From positions 1,054,001-1,118,000 of the forward strand of contig OZ287073.1 of the NCBI GenBank assembly GCA_965645245.1: a stretch of 64,000 nt of DNA, in the 5' to 3' direction. The notes under the pieces are model-generated. The model saw only the letters and a program-made list of their open reading frames with translations, was not told the origin of the DNA and did not search any database. Below are positions 1 to 11,894 of the stretch, in pieces. Origin of the DNA: Massalongia carnosa (lineage: Eukaryota). A program made the position numbers and the translations under genes. The first letter of the stretch is position 1. Every line of letters begins with the position of its first letter.

Positions 1-1130
1 TTATAGATTCCCATAGAATGTTCCATGCAATTGTAAGGTGAAGTCATATCGAGTAAGACAATTAACCTTGGTATAGTGGCAAAAGCAAATAACGCCAAGA
101 CAGTATGAATCAACACTAGCAATGATATTCGGAGTTGTCGTCTCCGCATTATGAAAAATCCGAAATATCTTCTAATACTCCAGTGTCTTTGCTGAGCAAT
201 GCCGTCTGAAACGAACGCAGAAAATAAATCTTGCCTCGCATTATTCCGCTGACAACCAAGCTATCTCTCTGCCGAATATCTACTCCGTCCTTCCTAAATA
301 GGACGCTGAAGCCTTTTCGATTCAGGGCTGAAATTGACAGTAAGTTTGCATCCAATTCAGGCACATGCAAAACATCCGTCATTCTAATGTTCTGATCTTC
401 TATATCAAAACACACGTTTTCCACGCCTTTTGCGTGTAGTTTTTCTCCATTCGCAATCGTGACGGTAGCCTTGATGCTCCGTTTGCTGGTGAAGATATTC
501 CCATTGGGGGTCATATGCCGGCTGGACCCGGAGTCCATTATCTAGGCGTTAAGTGACTCATCTTGACTTTTTCTAGCTATATAGGCTTGGTCATCTTGAT
601 CATCTTCCTTTTCCATCCATGCATCTTCTGATGGTTTGGGAGCTCCCCCGAGTTGTCCATCAACAGGCCTTTCGATGATGCTTTGGGGTGTCGCTGGCTC
701 TTCTGCAGCGGAGTCGTTTATTCCTTGAGTATCAGCCATGATGCTAGCAAAAACCAGGTAGCAGTTACGCAAGTCCCGGGCTCTTTTTTTATATTTTTTA
801 TTCATTAAGCGTATGCATCCTTAGGATATGACGCTGCGACTGCTATTTATGTACATAAACAACAGTCAGGAAGTGGAAACCTGGCCCCCAGGGTAAAACC
901 ACTCCCTTTTATTCCATATTGAATGCAACGAGATCGTTCTTCTACCACGCGGTGCATACACCCAGATCTTCAAGCGCTAGGAATCCTATAGACCCGATGA
1001 ACTAGACAGTGTATCTCCACACGTTCGACGAACATTCTCTCTCTTTAACCGTTTTGACTCAATAGATGATAGACTGGCCATGATTGATCGAGGGCAGATC
1101 GTGGTGTCGTATAAATGAAGATGTGAAAAT

Positions 1131-1322
1131 GTGGCCATTCCGAATGAATGGGCTTTTTCGATGAGGTGAGAGGCTTCCACCTGGGGGGTGTGGCCATTCC
1201 GACTGAATAGACTTTTTCGATGAGGTGAAAGGCTTCCGCCTGGGGGGTGTGGCCATTTCGACTAAATGGGCTTTTTCGATGAGGTGAAAGGATTCCGCCT
1301 GAGGGTGTGGAATGAATGGGCT
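1131..1322. repeat. 59-bp tandem repeat, about 3 copies plus a partial copy, in the copia leader
   Basis: Unit gtggccattccgaatgaatgggctttttcgatgaggtgagaggcttccacctggggggt starts at 1131, 1190 and 1249. Confidence 0.9.
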
Positions 1323-1482
1323 TTGTATGCCTTCGAAGTGGTGAATGATCAGTAGAGACGTTGATCATTCAAACGGCCACCGAGGTGGGCTTCAGCGTTG
1401 GCGATGATCAGATATTGGCCACCTCCGAGGAGGTGTTGATAGCCTGCACCACGTAGAGGTTTCTGACCTAGCAGGCCGTCCC

Positions 1483-1494
1483 GGACTCATAACC
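1483..1494 (-). promoter_or_regulatory. Primer-binding site of the copia element (half-tRNA-iMet type)
   Basis: Minus strand reads ...ccaacaGGTTATGAGTCC, matching the GGTTATG(G/A)GCCC PBS typical of copia elements directly after the LTR terminal CA. Confidence 0.7.
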
Positions 1495-3584
1495 TGTTGG
1501 TTAGATTGGGTTTGGAAATAGGCTTGAAGTGATAAACTATGTAATGACTGACTAGCTAATTTACAGAGAGAAGATACAGTGTCAGGCCATTAGGGGTCAC
1601 ATGACCCGCCATTGGTCACATGACCCACGAACCTCTATTAGATATATCCCTCAGTTAGCTAGCCTAGACCTCCCATATATCAATACGCACCACTCCTTTT
1701 CACCCATATTCCACATTAACCCATACAGCTTGATATACAGCTATTACATAGAAGTTGAGACTACCTCAATTCCTCCTATTTGCAATGACTTCTCCGAGCT
1801 CATCGTATTACCCGTGATTAGTAATGTCCAGCTTACTCTCTGACCACATTAAAGTATCTCGATGATACTTGCTTAAGCTTTCATAGCTAAGCGCTTGATA
1901 ATGAATGTGACGTTGATACTAATCAACTGTGACAATCAACGGCCCAGTTCAGGATACAATTACCCAATTAGGCATAGACTTAATGCCGTGGCGGATGAGG
2001 CGGATGAGGTCATGTCAACAACCTCGTCAATTAGCAACATCTTTAAAGAACGTAGAAGATGTAATCTAATTCCTCAATATCTGGGCATCCTCCAGACTTG
2101 AACACCTTGTCATCGCTTTATTGACAGAGAAGTCCACTTTCGTCGAAATATTTCCACGAAATACTCGATCTTCTGAACCCTTTCTGAATCTTTAGAAAAG
2201 AACAATGAGATGTACTGAATCGGATTTATGAGATCATTGCGATATTATCCAATAACAACAATAAGAAAGTTGTTCTTCAGAATTAAAGCGATCTTGTCGT
2301 GTTTCAAATTAGATACATAGGTCGGAGTCTTAAACCCACTATCTCGCTTCAATCTGATCTTCTCTTAAGAAGAAGATTTGAGAACTCTTTCGATCTTTGA
2401 TGCATCGGTATTCTGTGAACTACGTATCGGGATTCTTTGAAGTATACTGGGCTCCTTTTGTTTGCAGGAGCTTTCTTTTGTCTCGTAGTCTTCTTTAGTT
2501 AAAAGAAATCTCAATCCGGAAGGAATTTCCCTTAGTGGGATAGGTACTTAATTAATTAACTGTTCATCTCGACTAACGAACTGGATGGAATACTTCAGGG
2601 GCGAGGAGTTGATAGCTTCTGCTTTTTTTTAGAGGTTCGGCGAGTATTTTATGTATTTTGAGGGGTAGAGAAAGGGGCAACCTCAAAACGAGAATCGAAG
2701 ATACCAGCAGTATATTTAATTTGATTAGCGCAGTTAGAAGATTTTGAGAAAGAGAGGGGGAGAGAGAGAGAGAGAGTTCATCTATTCATTTATCTTGATT
2801 TCTTTTCTCGCCTTCATTCTCATTTTCTTTTCAAGAGTCTTTCCCCGCCATTTTAAAACATCTCTCCCTCCTTCCTTCCCCACCCCCTAAATCATGAATT
2901 TAGCCACCACATTAGTCCTACTCTCAGTCGCAGTCGCGATCCCAATTTCTAGTTCTCGTCTCTTGAATCTATGCGTAAACCTAAGTCATATCATTATATC
3001 TCGTTCCTTCAAAAGACATTGATTGAACATGCACATGACATATGATTAGAAAAAGTTTCAAAGAAAGAGCAGGAGGATGGGGATTAAGGGTTAAGCCTCT
3101 TTTCTCTTTGCTATTTGTGAGTTGAAGCGTGCGACGGGTATCCCAAGTTTGTAATCCTTTCACACCATTTTTAGAAAGTAACCTAACTTGGGTTTCTGAA
3201 GACTTTCCACAAACGGAAACCGGAAAACGAACCGCTTTCTCGGGATTTGGGGAAAGTTTTCCAGCACAAATCTCGACCAAATCTCACGACCGGGATTCGA
3301 TTACCGGATTCGTTTTCCACGTGAGGATTGACAACCGCAAGCGCGAATTGGATGTACTATGCAGCTTTAGGCGATGTTGGTACGCACGTAGGGCATGTTA
3401 AAGAACACCTGCAATTTTGAACGCACATAACTGACTCTCTCTTACATGGCGGCCAAAACATGCTTGAAATCGAGCTCTGAATGTTAGATTTGAACCGGGC
3501 TTCATGCAAGCTGGCGGGTTTTTGGACATCTTTTCGAAAATAAGGCTTCGGGTGAGAGTTGTACGCACCATTGCACGAAGCAAC

Positions 3585-4492
3585 TTAACTTAGCTTCTGT
3601 AAATAGCCCTGCGCTATCAATCGCTCCACATCGCCCTGCCGGACAAAAAACTGGCTATTTTTCGTGAGGGTAATGGCTCTTTGGTTAGATCCCAGGAGAG
3701 AGTTAGCTGAATTCAATCAACCTCTATATCCACCTCCCTTCGGTCTCTCCGTTGTAACTAAAAACAACTCATAAGGGATGTAGGAAACGATCCTGGAGAT
3801 GGAGAAAGCCGAAGAAGCAAAACAACCAAGCAAAAAAGAGTAACTAACCCATACTCCGTCTGAATCTCGCCCGCGTCCTTCAAAACTCGCACATCAACGA
3901 ACAGGTCCCTCGGCGGCTCCATACTGCCGGTGAGATCAATATCCATCCATTGGCCCTTGTACGCAGCAAGCATATCCCCGTATTGCCTTACATACTCCTC
4001 CTCCTCCGGGCTTAGCGAGTTCTGTATCCCCGCCTCCGATCCTATATTTCCTTGCCCCCTACCTCCCTGTACCTGCTGCTGCTGCTGCAAGTGCGCCGCT
4101 TCACCCTGCGCCTCCAGCACATCCTGCCCTGCCCAACACATCTCCTCTAGCTTCTCTGCGCGCACGCGATGGTAAGCCAACAAGCAGCGCTTATTACGGC
4201 GCATACAGAGATGGTTCACAAGCACTTTACACGCGGTCGCGGGCTCAGTGGCGGGGTTGAAGGAACCGGAGAAAGGGGCCAGCAGGGCGGAGACATCTTT
4301 GTCCAGATCGCGGACTTCGCGCGTCATACCGCGAATAATTTCAGTTTGGTAGGGGGGAAGATGCGCGAGAGCTTGAGTACGTTTGGCATGTTGGACCTGG
4401 GGCCCGGGGAGTTAATGGGCCGTTTTGGTTTCTTGTTGAGGGACGGGGAGTTTGAAGGTTCTTACGAGCTTGTAGCCTAGGTCCCCGTGCAT
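3585..4492 (-). CDS. PSF1: GINS complex subunit Psf1 (3 exons)
   Basis: MHGDLGYKL / VQHAKRTQALAHLPPY...MRRNKRCLLAYH...DIDLTGSMEPPRDLFVDVRVLKDAGEIQTEYG / AITLTKNSQFFVRQGDVERLIAQGYLQKLS*. Confidence 0.95.
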
Positions 4493-5386
4493 TGAGAATA
4501 TAGAGATGCGTGAATGTCTACGAATGTTCTCCTCAGATTGTATGCCTGCGCATTGAATATGACAATGGATCACTCCATGGACAGGACAAATCAGTATATC
4601 AAATGTTGTAAAAGTAAAGGCGATAGAAGGCGTAAATTCGCTCGGAACTTTCCACGATAAGCGAAAACCGCTAACCACTTCTTGACCAGACTATTCCATT
4701 TCTGCCTACGTGGATCTCTTGAGTGTAAAAGTTCCGGGTTCCGGGTTAACGCATCGAAGGGGTTTCCATCTCTTCTTCAGGAGTGAATGACCGCTTGATT
4801 GCTGTTGCTTTCCGCGTCCCATGAAGTCTATTGTGGACTGAACAATTGGCCTAGAAAAGAGGCACATAGTTCTTTGTTCCCCCTCTAGGATTTCTTGCGA
4901 TCATTATAAAAAACCCCCCCATTCTCTCCGACATGCGGATTTGGGTGACATCGAAACGATGACAGCTCTTAGTACGCATTGGCTTGATTAGCAGCAAGAG
5001 CTTTATTGTATTTGATACGATAAGCTCTGGTTTATTGCTACGAACAAAAGCTTGACCGGCCGCGAAGAGCCACCCTTGTAAAACGAACAAGCGATAAGTA
5101 GCGAAAAGCGAAGGGGGAATAAGCAAATGTTCAGATTATCTTGCAAGGGCTGTTCAGTATTCAAAGCCAGCTCCTCTGTTGCCAAGCTCTTACTGGTTAA
5201 AAGAAAAGAAAAGAAAAGAAACGGAAAGAGAGGAAAGAAACTCTCTGAAGCCAACACGGCGACGCTGATCTGTGGCTGTTGAGAGCCTTACGACTTGTCG
5301 CGCTCCGACTCCATCAGGTTTCGAATTTATCGCACCAGCCAAAGAATTCCACCCGCGTTTTTAATCCAATACTTGATCCTTTTTCC

Positions 5387-7173
5387 CTATCTGTTGTTGG
5401 TCTGTTCCATCCATTCGTCGAACTCAGCGACTGGGTCACCTCCTACAGGATCATTATGGAACTGCCAACTCTCAAGGTCCAATTGGTACTGGTTCGAGGC
5501 TGCCTGGTATTCATCTACCGCCAAGTCTACGATCGGTGGAGCATCATCTGATGGCAACTCAGGCTGGTTAAAACTGGGGAAAGTCGGATCATGGGTAAGA
5601 TCAGTCGGCGGATTAGTGTAATTGGCATCATACTCCGACAACAATGGATCTAGGTAGGGTTCCCTTGTCAGTGTGTCGCTACCCACAGCTGGCTGTTGGT
5701 TCAGCAATTCATAGTGATGCGCTCCAGGAAGACCAATTACAGGTGGAGCCGGTGCGTATTGCGCAATTGGCGTATCGGTCCTTCGAATCACTACGTCCTC
5801 AACGAAAGCTGGGTCTCGAATATTTGGTCTAACGTATGTCTGGTAGTACTGTCCTTGCAGCTCGTGGGTTCCGAGCGGAAGCGGCATAGGCCTGCCGGGA
5901 TTGTTCCATTCAAAGGTGGACCTCTCGCGCCCATTTAGGCCCTCATAAAAGTATTCTTCTTGCTGCGATAGGTTTGAGGTATTACCCGCAGAGAGTGTTG
6001 TTTGCTTCAAATTTATTTGGCTTTTGTCAGCATTTGGTTGCCATTCATATTCCAACTCATCAAGGTCACTGGGTTCTTCCTCGATGACTTCTACTGTTGG
6101 TTCCTTCCTCTTTCGGCTTGGATTCTCGGTTTTGCTTGGGGAGAACTTGTATCCAGGATGTGCTTTCGCATGGTTATCTCTCTCAACCCTAGCATATTCG
6201 GTATACAAATCTCTAATCTCCGGCGGCTCCATTGGCCAGCTCTCGCCTGAGACGGATGACACTACTTGATGATTGTTTTGGAGACACCAAATTTTTGTTC
6301 TTTCTGCATAGGCCGATCGGTAGAGCATGAAGGAGTTCATCGGGCGTGTGACATAACCATGACGCACCGCAACCTCTGCGATTCTTGTCTCTTCTGATCT
6401 GGTAACCCAAGCGTTCATATCTTTGATGGGAACATGCTCGAGATCTTTGGTCAATTCGCTCAGTGGTGCTGTTATTTGCGGGACTTTGTTCTTCTCGGCG
6501 GCAACCTTGCTGGACACATTTTTTCCTCTCCGATTGTTTGATGCGCGAGGTACAACCTGCTTTTCTGGCCTTGCTGATCGTGTGGACCCGCTAGGAACTA
6601 GAGAACGAGATTTCCTTATCCGCTTCCCGTTTCCACCTTGATCGGAGGCTGCCGGCGTTGGTGGAGAGCTAGCAACCACTGGGGGAACAGGATATTGCTG
6701 AGGCAAGCGTCAGTTGCGCAATTAAAAAAAATAAAACAATCAATCGCTTACAGATTGCTGCGCAAGAGGATAGCCATGATAGGCGATATTTGGGTGAGGG
6801 TAGTATGCTAGAGTCCCGTACTGATTCTAATCTCCAGCGTTAGAGCAATATTTGTTTAAAAAGCATTCGCATTGAAAAGAGAACTCACATAATGCATGCT
6901 AAATCTCCCGTCATGTTGAGGATGGTATGCGCTGTGATACGGGCTTTGCCCATATGGACCAAGCATCACTTCATGTTGTTCAGGGGAACTAAAGCTTGTA
7001 TTGGAGGCAGGAGGTGGTGGCATGTAAGTGCTGTTCTCGAATGCATAAGGGATCGGCTGATATGGCGAGGCAGAATTGTCTTGTGCGACATGATGGAGAC
7101 CATAATGAAGCTCCTGCACGTCTGATAGAGGCGGCGACGGGGGGTTCTGGTTTTCTGTCCCTGGAGGCGACAT
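5387..7173 (-). CDS. MATA-class HMG-box transcription factor, Ste11/FMF-1-like (3 exons)
   Basis: HMG box RPMNSFMLYRSAYAERTKIWCLQNNHQVVSSVSGESWPMEPPEIRDLYTEYARVERDNHAKAHPGYKFSP. Two GT-AG introns join ORF 6856..7173, a 25-codon exon and ORF 5387..6706 in frame. Orthology to Ste11/FMF-1 is from motif recall only. Confidence 0.85.
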
Positions 7174-10100
7174 GATTGCTAGAAATTGGAAGAGGGCGGT
7201 ACACTCTTCGCTCTACTTTTCAAAAGATGCTGCAGGCCCTTATGAGCGATCGGATAGACTGAGTGGGTTTGATCTACTCTCATTGCTTGTTTGTTAGATC
7301 TTGATAGAAGAGACAAGGGGAGTTGTCCTTGTAAGGCGCTTTGAAGGCAGTGAATTTACCTCTGCTTTTTTCGCAGTGCATCCACAGGATATGATAGCTC
7401 AGCTGAGGAGTGTCTCTGGCCTGCAGAAAAGGACGACAAGTGAAGCCAGAGGTGCGCTGGTCCTCACAGCGCTCACAGTCACAGCGCTTAACACTCCGTT
7501 CTAATCGATAACAGGACTGTGCTAGGCAATAAAATACGCAGTACAAAACAGTTCAGGCGTGGTCCTTGCCGTTCGATGTTTTCCGAGAATAAGCTCTGAT
7601 GCCCTAAAGCCTAATAGCGATCCAACTGTGACGCGATTCCGGTTTACTCTAGGATCATGTTACCCTTGACGAGGTTCTAGAAAGGTTGAGCGGGCCGGGG
7701 TTATTTTTTTATGTCTGCAACGGTGTATCTGTTAATGCTATTTTGCCGAGAAGAGTGAGGAAATGGAATGCCTCCTGCTTGACATACAATTTGAGGATGA
7801 ACCAACAGGGCGTGAGACGAACCTATTGCAAATACCCGTCCAGCAGGCTGCACTAGAGACCCGTGTTGATTTCCGGATTCAAACGAAGGCAACGTGCTCC
7901 AGGCCCTCCAGCGCTGGCTCCAGCCCCTGCTTGTGGCCACTTCCCGAAGCGGCTATGTTTTCTCGCAAGGATGCTTTGTCTGACCTGTTGGAGCCAATCC
8001 AGAGGATTGGCTCAGGAGATATTTGTCGGCCTTCAGGGAGTTTCTTTGTTGGAGATATGTTCACTGGTGGTAAGAGCACAGGAATGAAGCTGCTCAAGTA
8101 TATGGGAATACTCGCTTCACTTGTGGGGAGGGGGTGCTACCCTAGGTTCATGACTGGATCTGTCACGTTACACGTCATTCGCACCATCAACTTCTATCAA
8201 GCAGAGGAGATGGCTTAAGAGGGCCTAATGGAATGGCCTCAATCATGATAGACATTGACCAGTCGGTGCATGCGGCGGTGAGCGGCCTCCAACGGTCTAT
8301 CATCTATTTCACAATTAAAATGAACGCGGAGCCACGGGGCCTTGCTCTGCTAGCGTTAGGCTAATCCCATCGACTGTCTTACGCATACGCTCCCCTGCTG
8401 CCAGAATTCCCATCGCTCTTCACGCATTCCTTCCTGCACTTAAGTTCCTCATCCCCCACCTGTTCGCAGATCGCTGGATTCACCCTGACGAAAACCTGGA
8501 ATCAATACGGCAGCCCTAGAAGGCGCACAGCGCCCTAACGTCCGCAAGCAGCCAACCAACCTAAATGGCTAACGTGGCGCCCAAGTCGGCTTTTCAAGTA
8601 TTGTCATGACCACTTAGTCGTAATTGGAAAACTATCAGATCTCTAGGCATCTATCGATTCGAAGGATCTTGTCCTTCCTAGCCGGAGTGCATACTATAGA
8701 AAGCGACTACTGCGGCAAGGAAAAACCCCGATACGCTCCCTGGACTACAAGCATTAAGCAATCGACGGGACCTATGTCCGCATTGCGCCCCTACCAATGT
8801 GATTTCGTGAATGAGACGGGGTTTAGGCGGGTAAGTGCATCATCGGCCCCACCTGCTAGGCAAGGCGTGGTGCTTTCTAAACGTCAGCTCTAGAAGACAC
8901 TTGTGTTTCACTTGAGCTGTCTAGCGCGTAAGTCATGATATACTCTTTTTTTAAATGGTCTTCGCAGCAGTTGCTTCTCAAAGGAAAGAGTGGTAAGTAA
9001 GGTAGTTATAGGCGCTAAGATTACCCCTTAAGTTTATAATAACCTTAATGTCGGATGAATATTTTACAAGTGACGATCCCCCAACTGCATCACTTGAAGG
9101 ACTTACGTAATGTGTTTCTGCTTTGGGGAACCTGCTTTCGGACCTCTGGCTGGGTTCGTGAAGTAGGGACTTTGACAAAACGAAGCTGCTTTAGGGTTAA
9201 CGCCGGATTTCCGCCAGGGAATAATGTTAGCGGAAACAACGCCAAGCCGAAAGCGGTTGTGTCGTGCCACCTTCCGCGCCAAATTCTCAACGACACCTTG
9301 CCCTAAGTTACCAACGAACGCTTCCATTGAGAAGGCAACTTTAGACCTAATATGAGAAGATCACTGTGTAGGGCGACCAACTTGTCCGCAAGGTACCTAG
9401 TTGCCCCCCTTTAGAGTACGCATCGAGTAACTACGTTGCTTCGCGAAGTAATCAGTAATCAGTAATTAGCAACTAGCCTAATACATTGGAAAATCATAAG
9501 AAAGTCCGAATAACGATTTCCCGCCCGCAATTTTGAGATGTAAATCACAAGAGTCACAGCGTCTGTTTCCTCGATGACAGTAACTAATGCCGTGTTCCCA
9601 AAACACGCAACGAGCTCGAACCATCACACCCCCTCCCATCCAACTCCATGGCTAGCTGGCAAATTCCTCCCTAATAACTTCCCCTCCCCATGCTCATCCC
9701 CAAAATCCGCTCTCGGCGATAACTTGCAGCACAGTCACTTCCTCAAACCTAGAGTCAGCCTCGGGAAGGCTGTTCGCCGTTGGCGACGATTTGCCTATGT
9801 TAATTATTCCTCCCAGGGAAAGAGACTGAATCAATGCAAACTGAACTTAAAGTTGCGTTTCTTTCTTCTTTTCTTCTTTTCGGATCCTGACACTGTTGTT
9901 CGAGGGCAATTGCATCCGTCCCTGGCTTGGTGAATATTCAGGTACCTCCATATTTGTTTCGGTCAAGCTACCTATTAGCTACTCTAGTTTAGTTTGGAGC
10001 AATCAGGTCAGCTGGGCCGCAACGAGAGGGGAACTACGGTCTGGTTGTGGTGGGCAAAGGCAAGGTGAACACGACACGACTCGTGCGATGGGTTTTCTGG

Positions 10101-10541
10101 AGGAATAGCTATATCGGTAGGTTTTTGTAGGTTGTGTGTCTGTGGGTACTGTATGTAAGGTAGGTAGTAGGCAGTGAGGTCTTCGGTTTTGGTGTCTGGC
10201 TTGCTTGCTCTTCTTGATAAGAAGAATCGCTACCTTTATCACTTATGGGTATTCTTGGAAATCTTTGGTTGGGAAGAGACCATCTCAATTATCAAACGAC
10301 CTGGATGCATTCTGAGCTATGTTGGACAGATTTTTCTAATTTCGCAGCCATCTGCTTTTCTTCTCGAGTCAATGAAATGAAACTGCTAATTATGCTGGGC
10401 TCTCAATTTGCCCCCCACCTCTTCTCAATCCCCATAAACTTCTACAACCCAAACTTGTCTCTCCCATTATCACCACACCCAAACCTGAAAATCTTCTCAA
10501 CCGTCCTTCCCTTTCTCCTTCCTATCTAAAAGAGAACAAAA

Positions 10542-10662
10542 ACATACAACAACTGGGATTCACTGGTGGTCACCCACCCAGCTACTAACCAGTCGATTCA
10601 AGGGTTATGTAAGGCAGATCGGACGGGATACCCAGTTTTCAACCTGATCTGTGGTTGTATGT
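10542..10662 (-). rRNA. 5S rRNA gene, copy 1 (divergent)
   Basis: Minus strand ACATACAACCACAG...GAAAACTGGGTATCCCGTCCGATC...TTAGTAGCTGGGTGGGTGACCACCAGTGAATCCCAGTTGTTGTATG, followed by a TTTTT Pol III terminator. Confidence 0.9.
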
Positions 10663-10748
10663 GGAAGTCGAAGCTCTTATTGAAGCTAAAATTTAAATCT
10701 TTTCCATTCGAGGAGTATGAAAATCCCCCAAAAATTCAACGAGACAAA

Positions 10749-10869
10749 ACATACAACAACCGGGATTCGCTGATGGTCACCCACCCAGCTACTAACCAGT
10801 CGATTCAAGGGTTATGTAAGGCAGATCGAACGGGATACCCAGTTTTCAGCTTGATCTGTGGTCGTATGT
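10749..10869 (-). rRNA. 5S rRNA gene, copy 2 (divergent)
   Basis: Minus strand ACATACGACCACAG...TTAGTAGCTGGGTGGGTGACCATCAGCGAATCCCGGTTGTTGTATG plus TTTT. A TATA-like TATATTATAT lies ~25-30 nt upstream. Confidence 0.9.
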
Positions 10870-11894
10870 GGAGATTTAGGACGTTGTTGGATATAATATA
10901 CCACTCTATCAACCCTCCCATTTCTAGCAACATCAAACTGGATGGACACTGAAGGAGTTTTGATGGAGGGGTGCAAGTTTAATTGATATAGGGGTAAACG
11001 GGCATTGTATGAGTGATTCTAAGAGGGAATCATTCCTGCCCCCGGGGCTGCAGACCAGAATTTTGTCGTAGGCCTTTCCCTACGTTGAATCAATCAAGAA
11101 CAAACATCTGGGAGAAGCACGCGTTGAGCCACTAATGAAAATAAAAACCGTGAAATATGAAAAAATCTTCTGCTTTCTGTTGTGTGGCTAACCCAGCTCG
11201 GGACTTCTATATCATTACAACGACAGAGGAGAGGGGGGTTGAGTGCTGTAGAGGCCATCATCCCGTCCCCTCATTGGCTAATTAGCTAGCTAGCTAATAA
11301 AGGAAGAAAATTCCATATATCGAGCCCTAAAATTTTCCCTTGTCTCTTGATCCCTTCCTTCCAACCTCCTCCCTCCTTTTCTTTCTCTCTCTCTCTCGAA
11401 AAGCTTAATGAACCTACTTTCCTCCCTATTGTTGCTATCTGAGTTCATTTATCGGCACCCTTCCTTGTGATTCCTTTTCTAGATCGTATGGGGGGGTTTG
11501 CTTGCGTACTTGTGAGAGGGATAGGTAGGAGGGGGGTAGATGAATGTGTCAAAGAAGGGGTCCAAAACGGAAAATAATAAGGGAGTAGTGAGAATCTAAC
11601 ATAATCAAATCATAATATACCTTTGGTCTTACCAAAATACATTGGTAATATCTCCATCTCCATTTATATATACTTCACTCCGGGGGATTTCAGCCCCCAG
11701 GTTTAGCTGAAGGATTGGGATTTGCCGGGCATTAATTTACATCACCAAGTGGCTTGAAACAACCTCCCATGTACAGGTAGCGGTTGGGGAGCTATGAAAC
11801 GCGGCTTGAAGATAAACAGCAATCTCCATTCCTTTAAGAAATAGTTGTTCTAATAAGTGTGTCAGTGCTGCAGCATCTAGTTGAGCGAAGTGAA

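Larger units (their letters stand above)
1..1645 (-). mobile_element. Degenerate, internally deleted Ty1/copia LTR retrotransposon (5' LTR, PBS, leader, gag remnant, protease region)
   Basis: ORF 149..538 has the copia protease-type motif A*IMDSGSSRHMT...TIANG...VLHVPELDANLLSIS, where TAG at 542-544 replaces the W of W-x-x-DSG. A copia-type PBS (minus strand GGTTATGAGTCC, 1494-1483) abuts an LTR end ...CCAACA at 1495. The outer LTR boundary (~1645) is approximate. Confidence 0.8.

Noticed and set aside
1131..1322. 59-bp repeats or the 62059 array as a CRISPR-like array
   Set aside because: The units are contiguous with no unique spacers, the context is eukaryotic and there are no cas genes.
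3286..3312. tRNA T-arm-like sequence CGGGATTCGA
   Set aside because: There is no GGTTCGA box B or cloverleaf on either strand.
5387..7173. HMG gene as mating-type gene MAT1-2-1
   Set aside because: There is no intron inside the HMG box and no APN2/SLA2 neighbours, and the motif fits non-MAT MATA-HMG factors better.
9191..9200. Minus-strand TTAACCCTAA in the long non-coding region as a telomerase RNA template
   Set aside because: I could not find a supporting Sm site, ATAAGT 3'-processing site or pseudoknot at plausible distances.
10566..10952. 128-aa ORF with an internal duplication
   Set aside because: It is the antisense translation of the two 5S rRNA genes.
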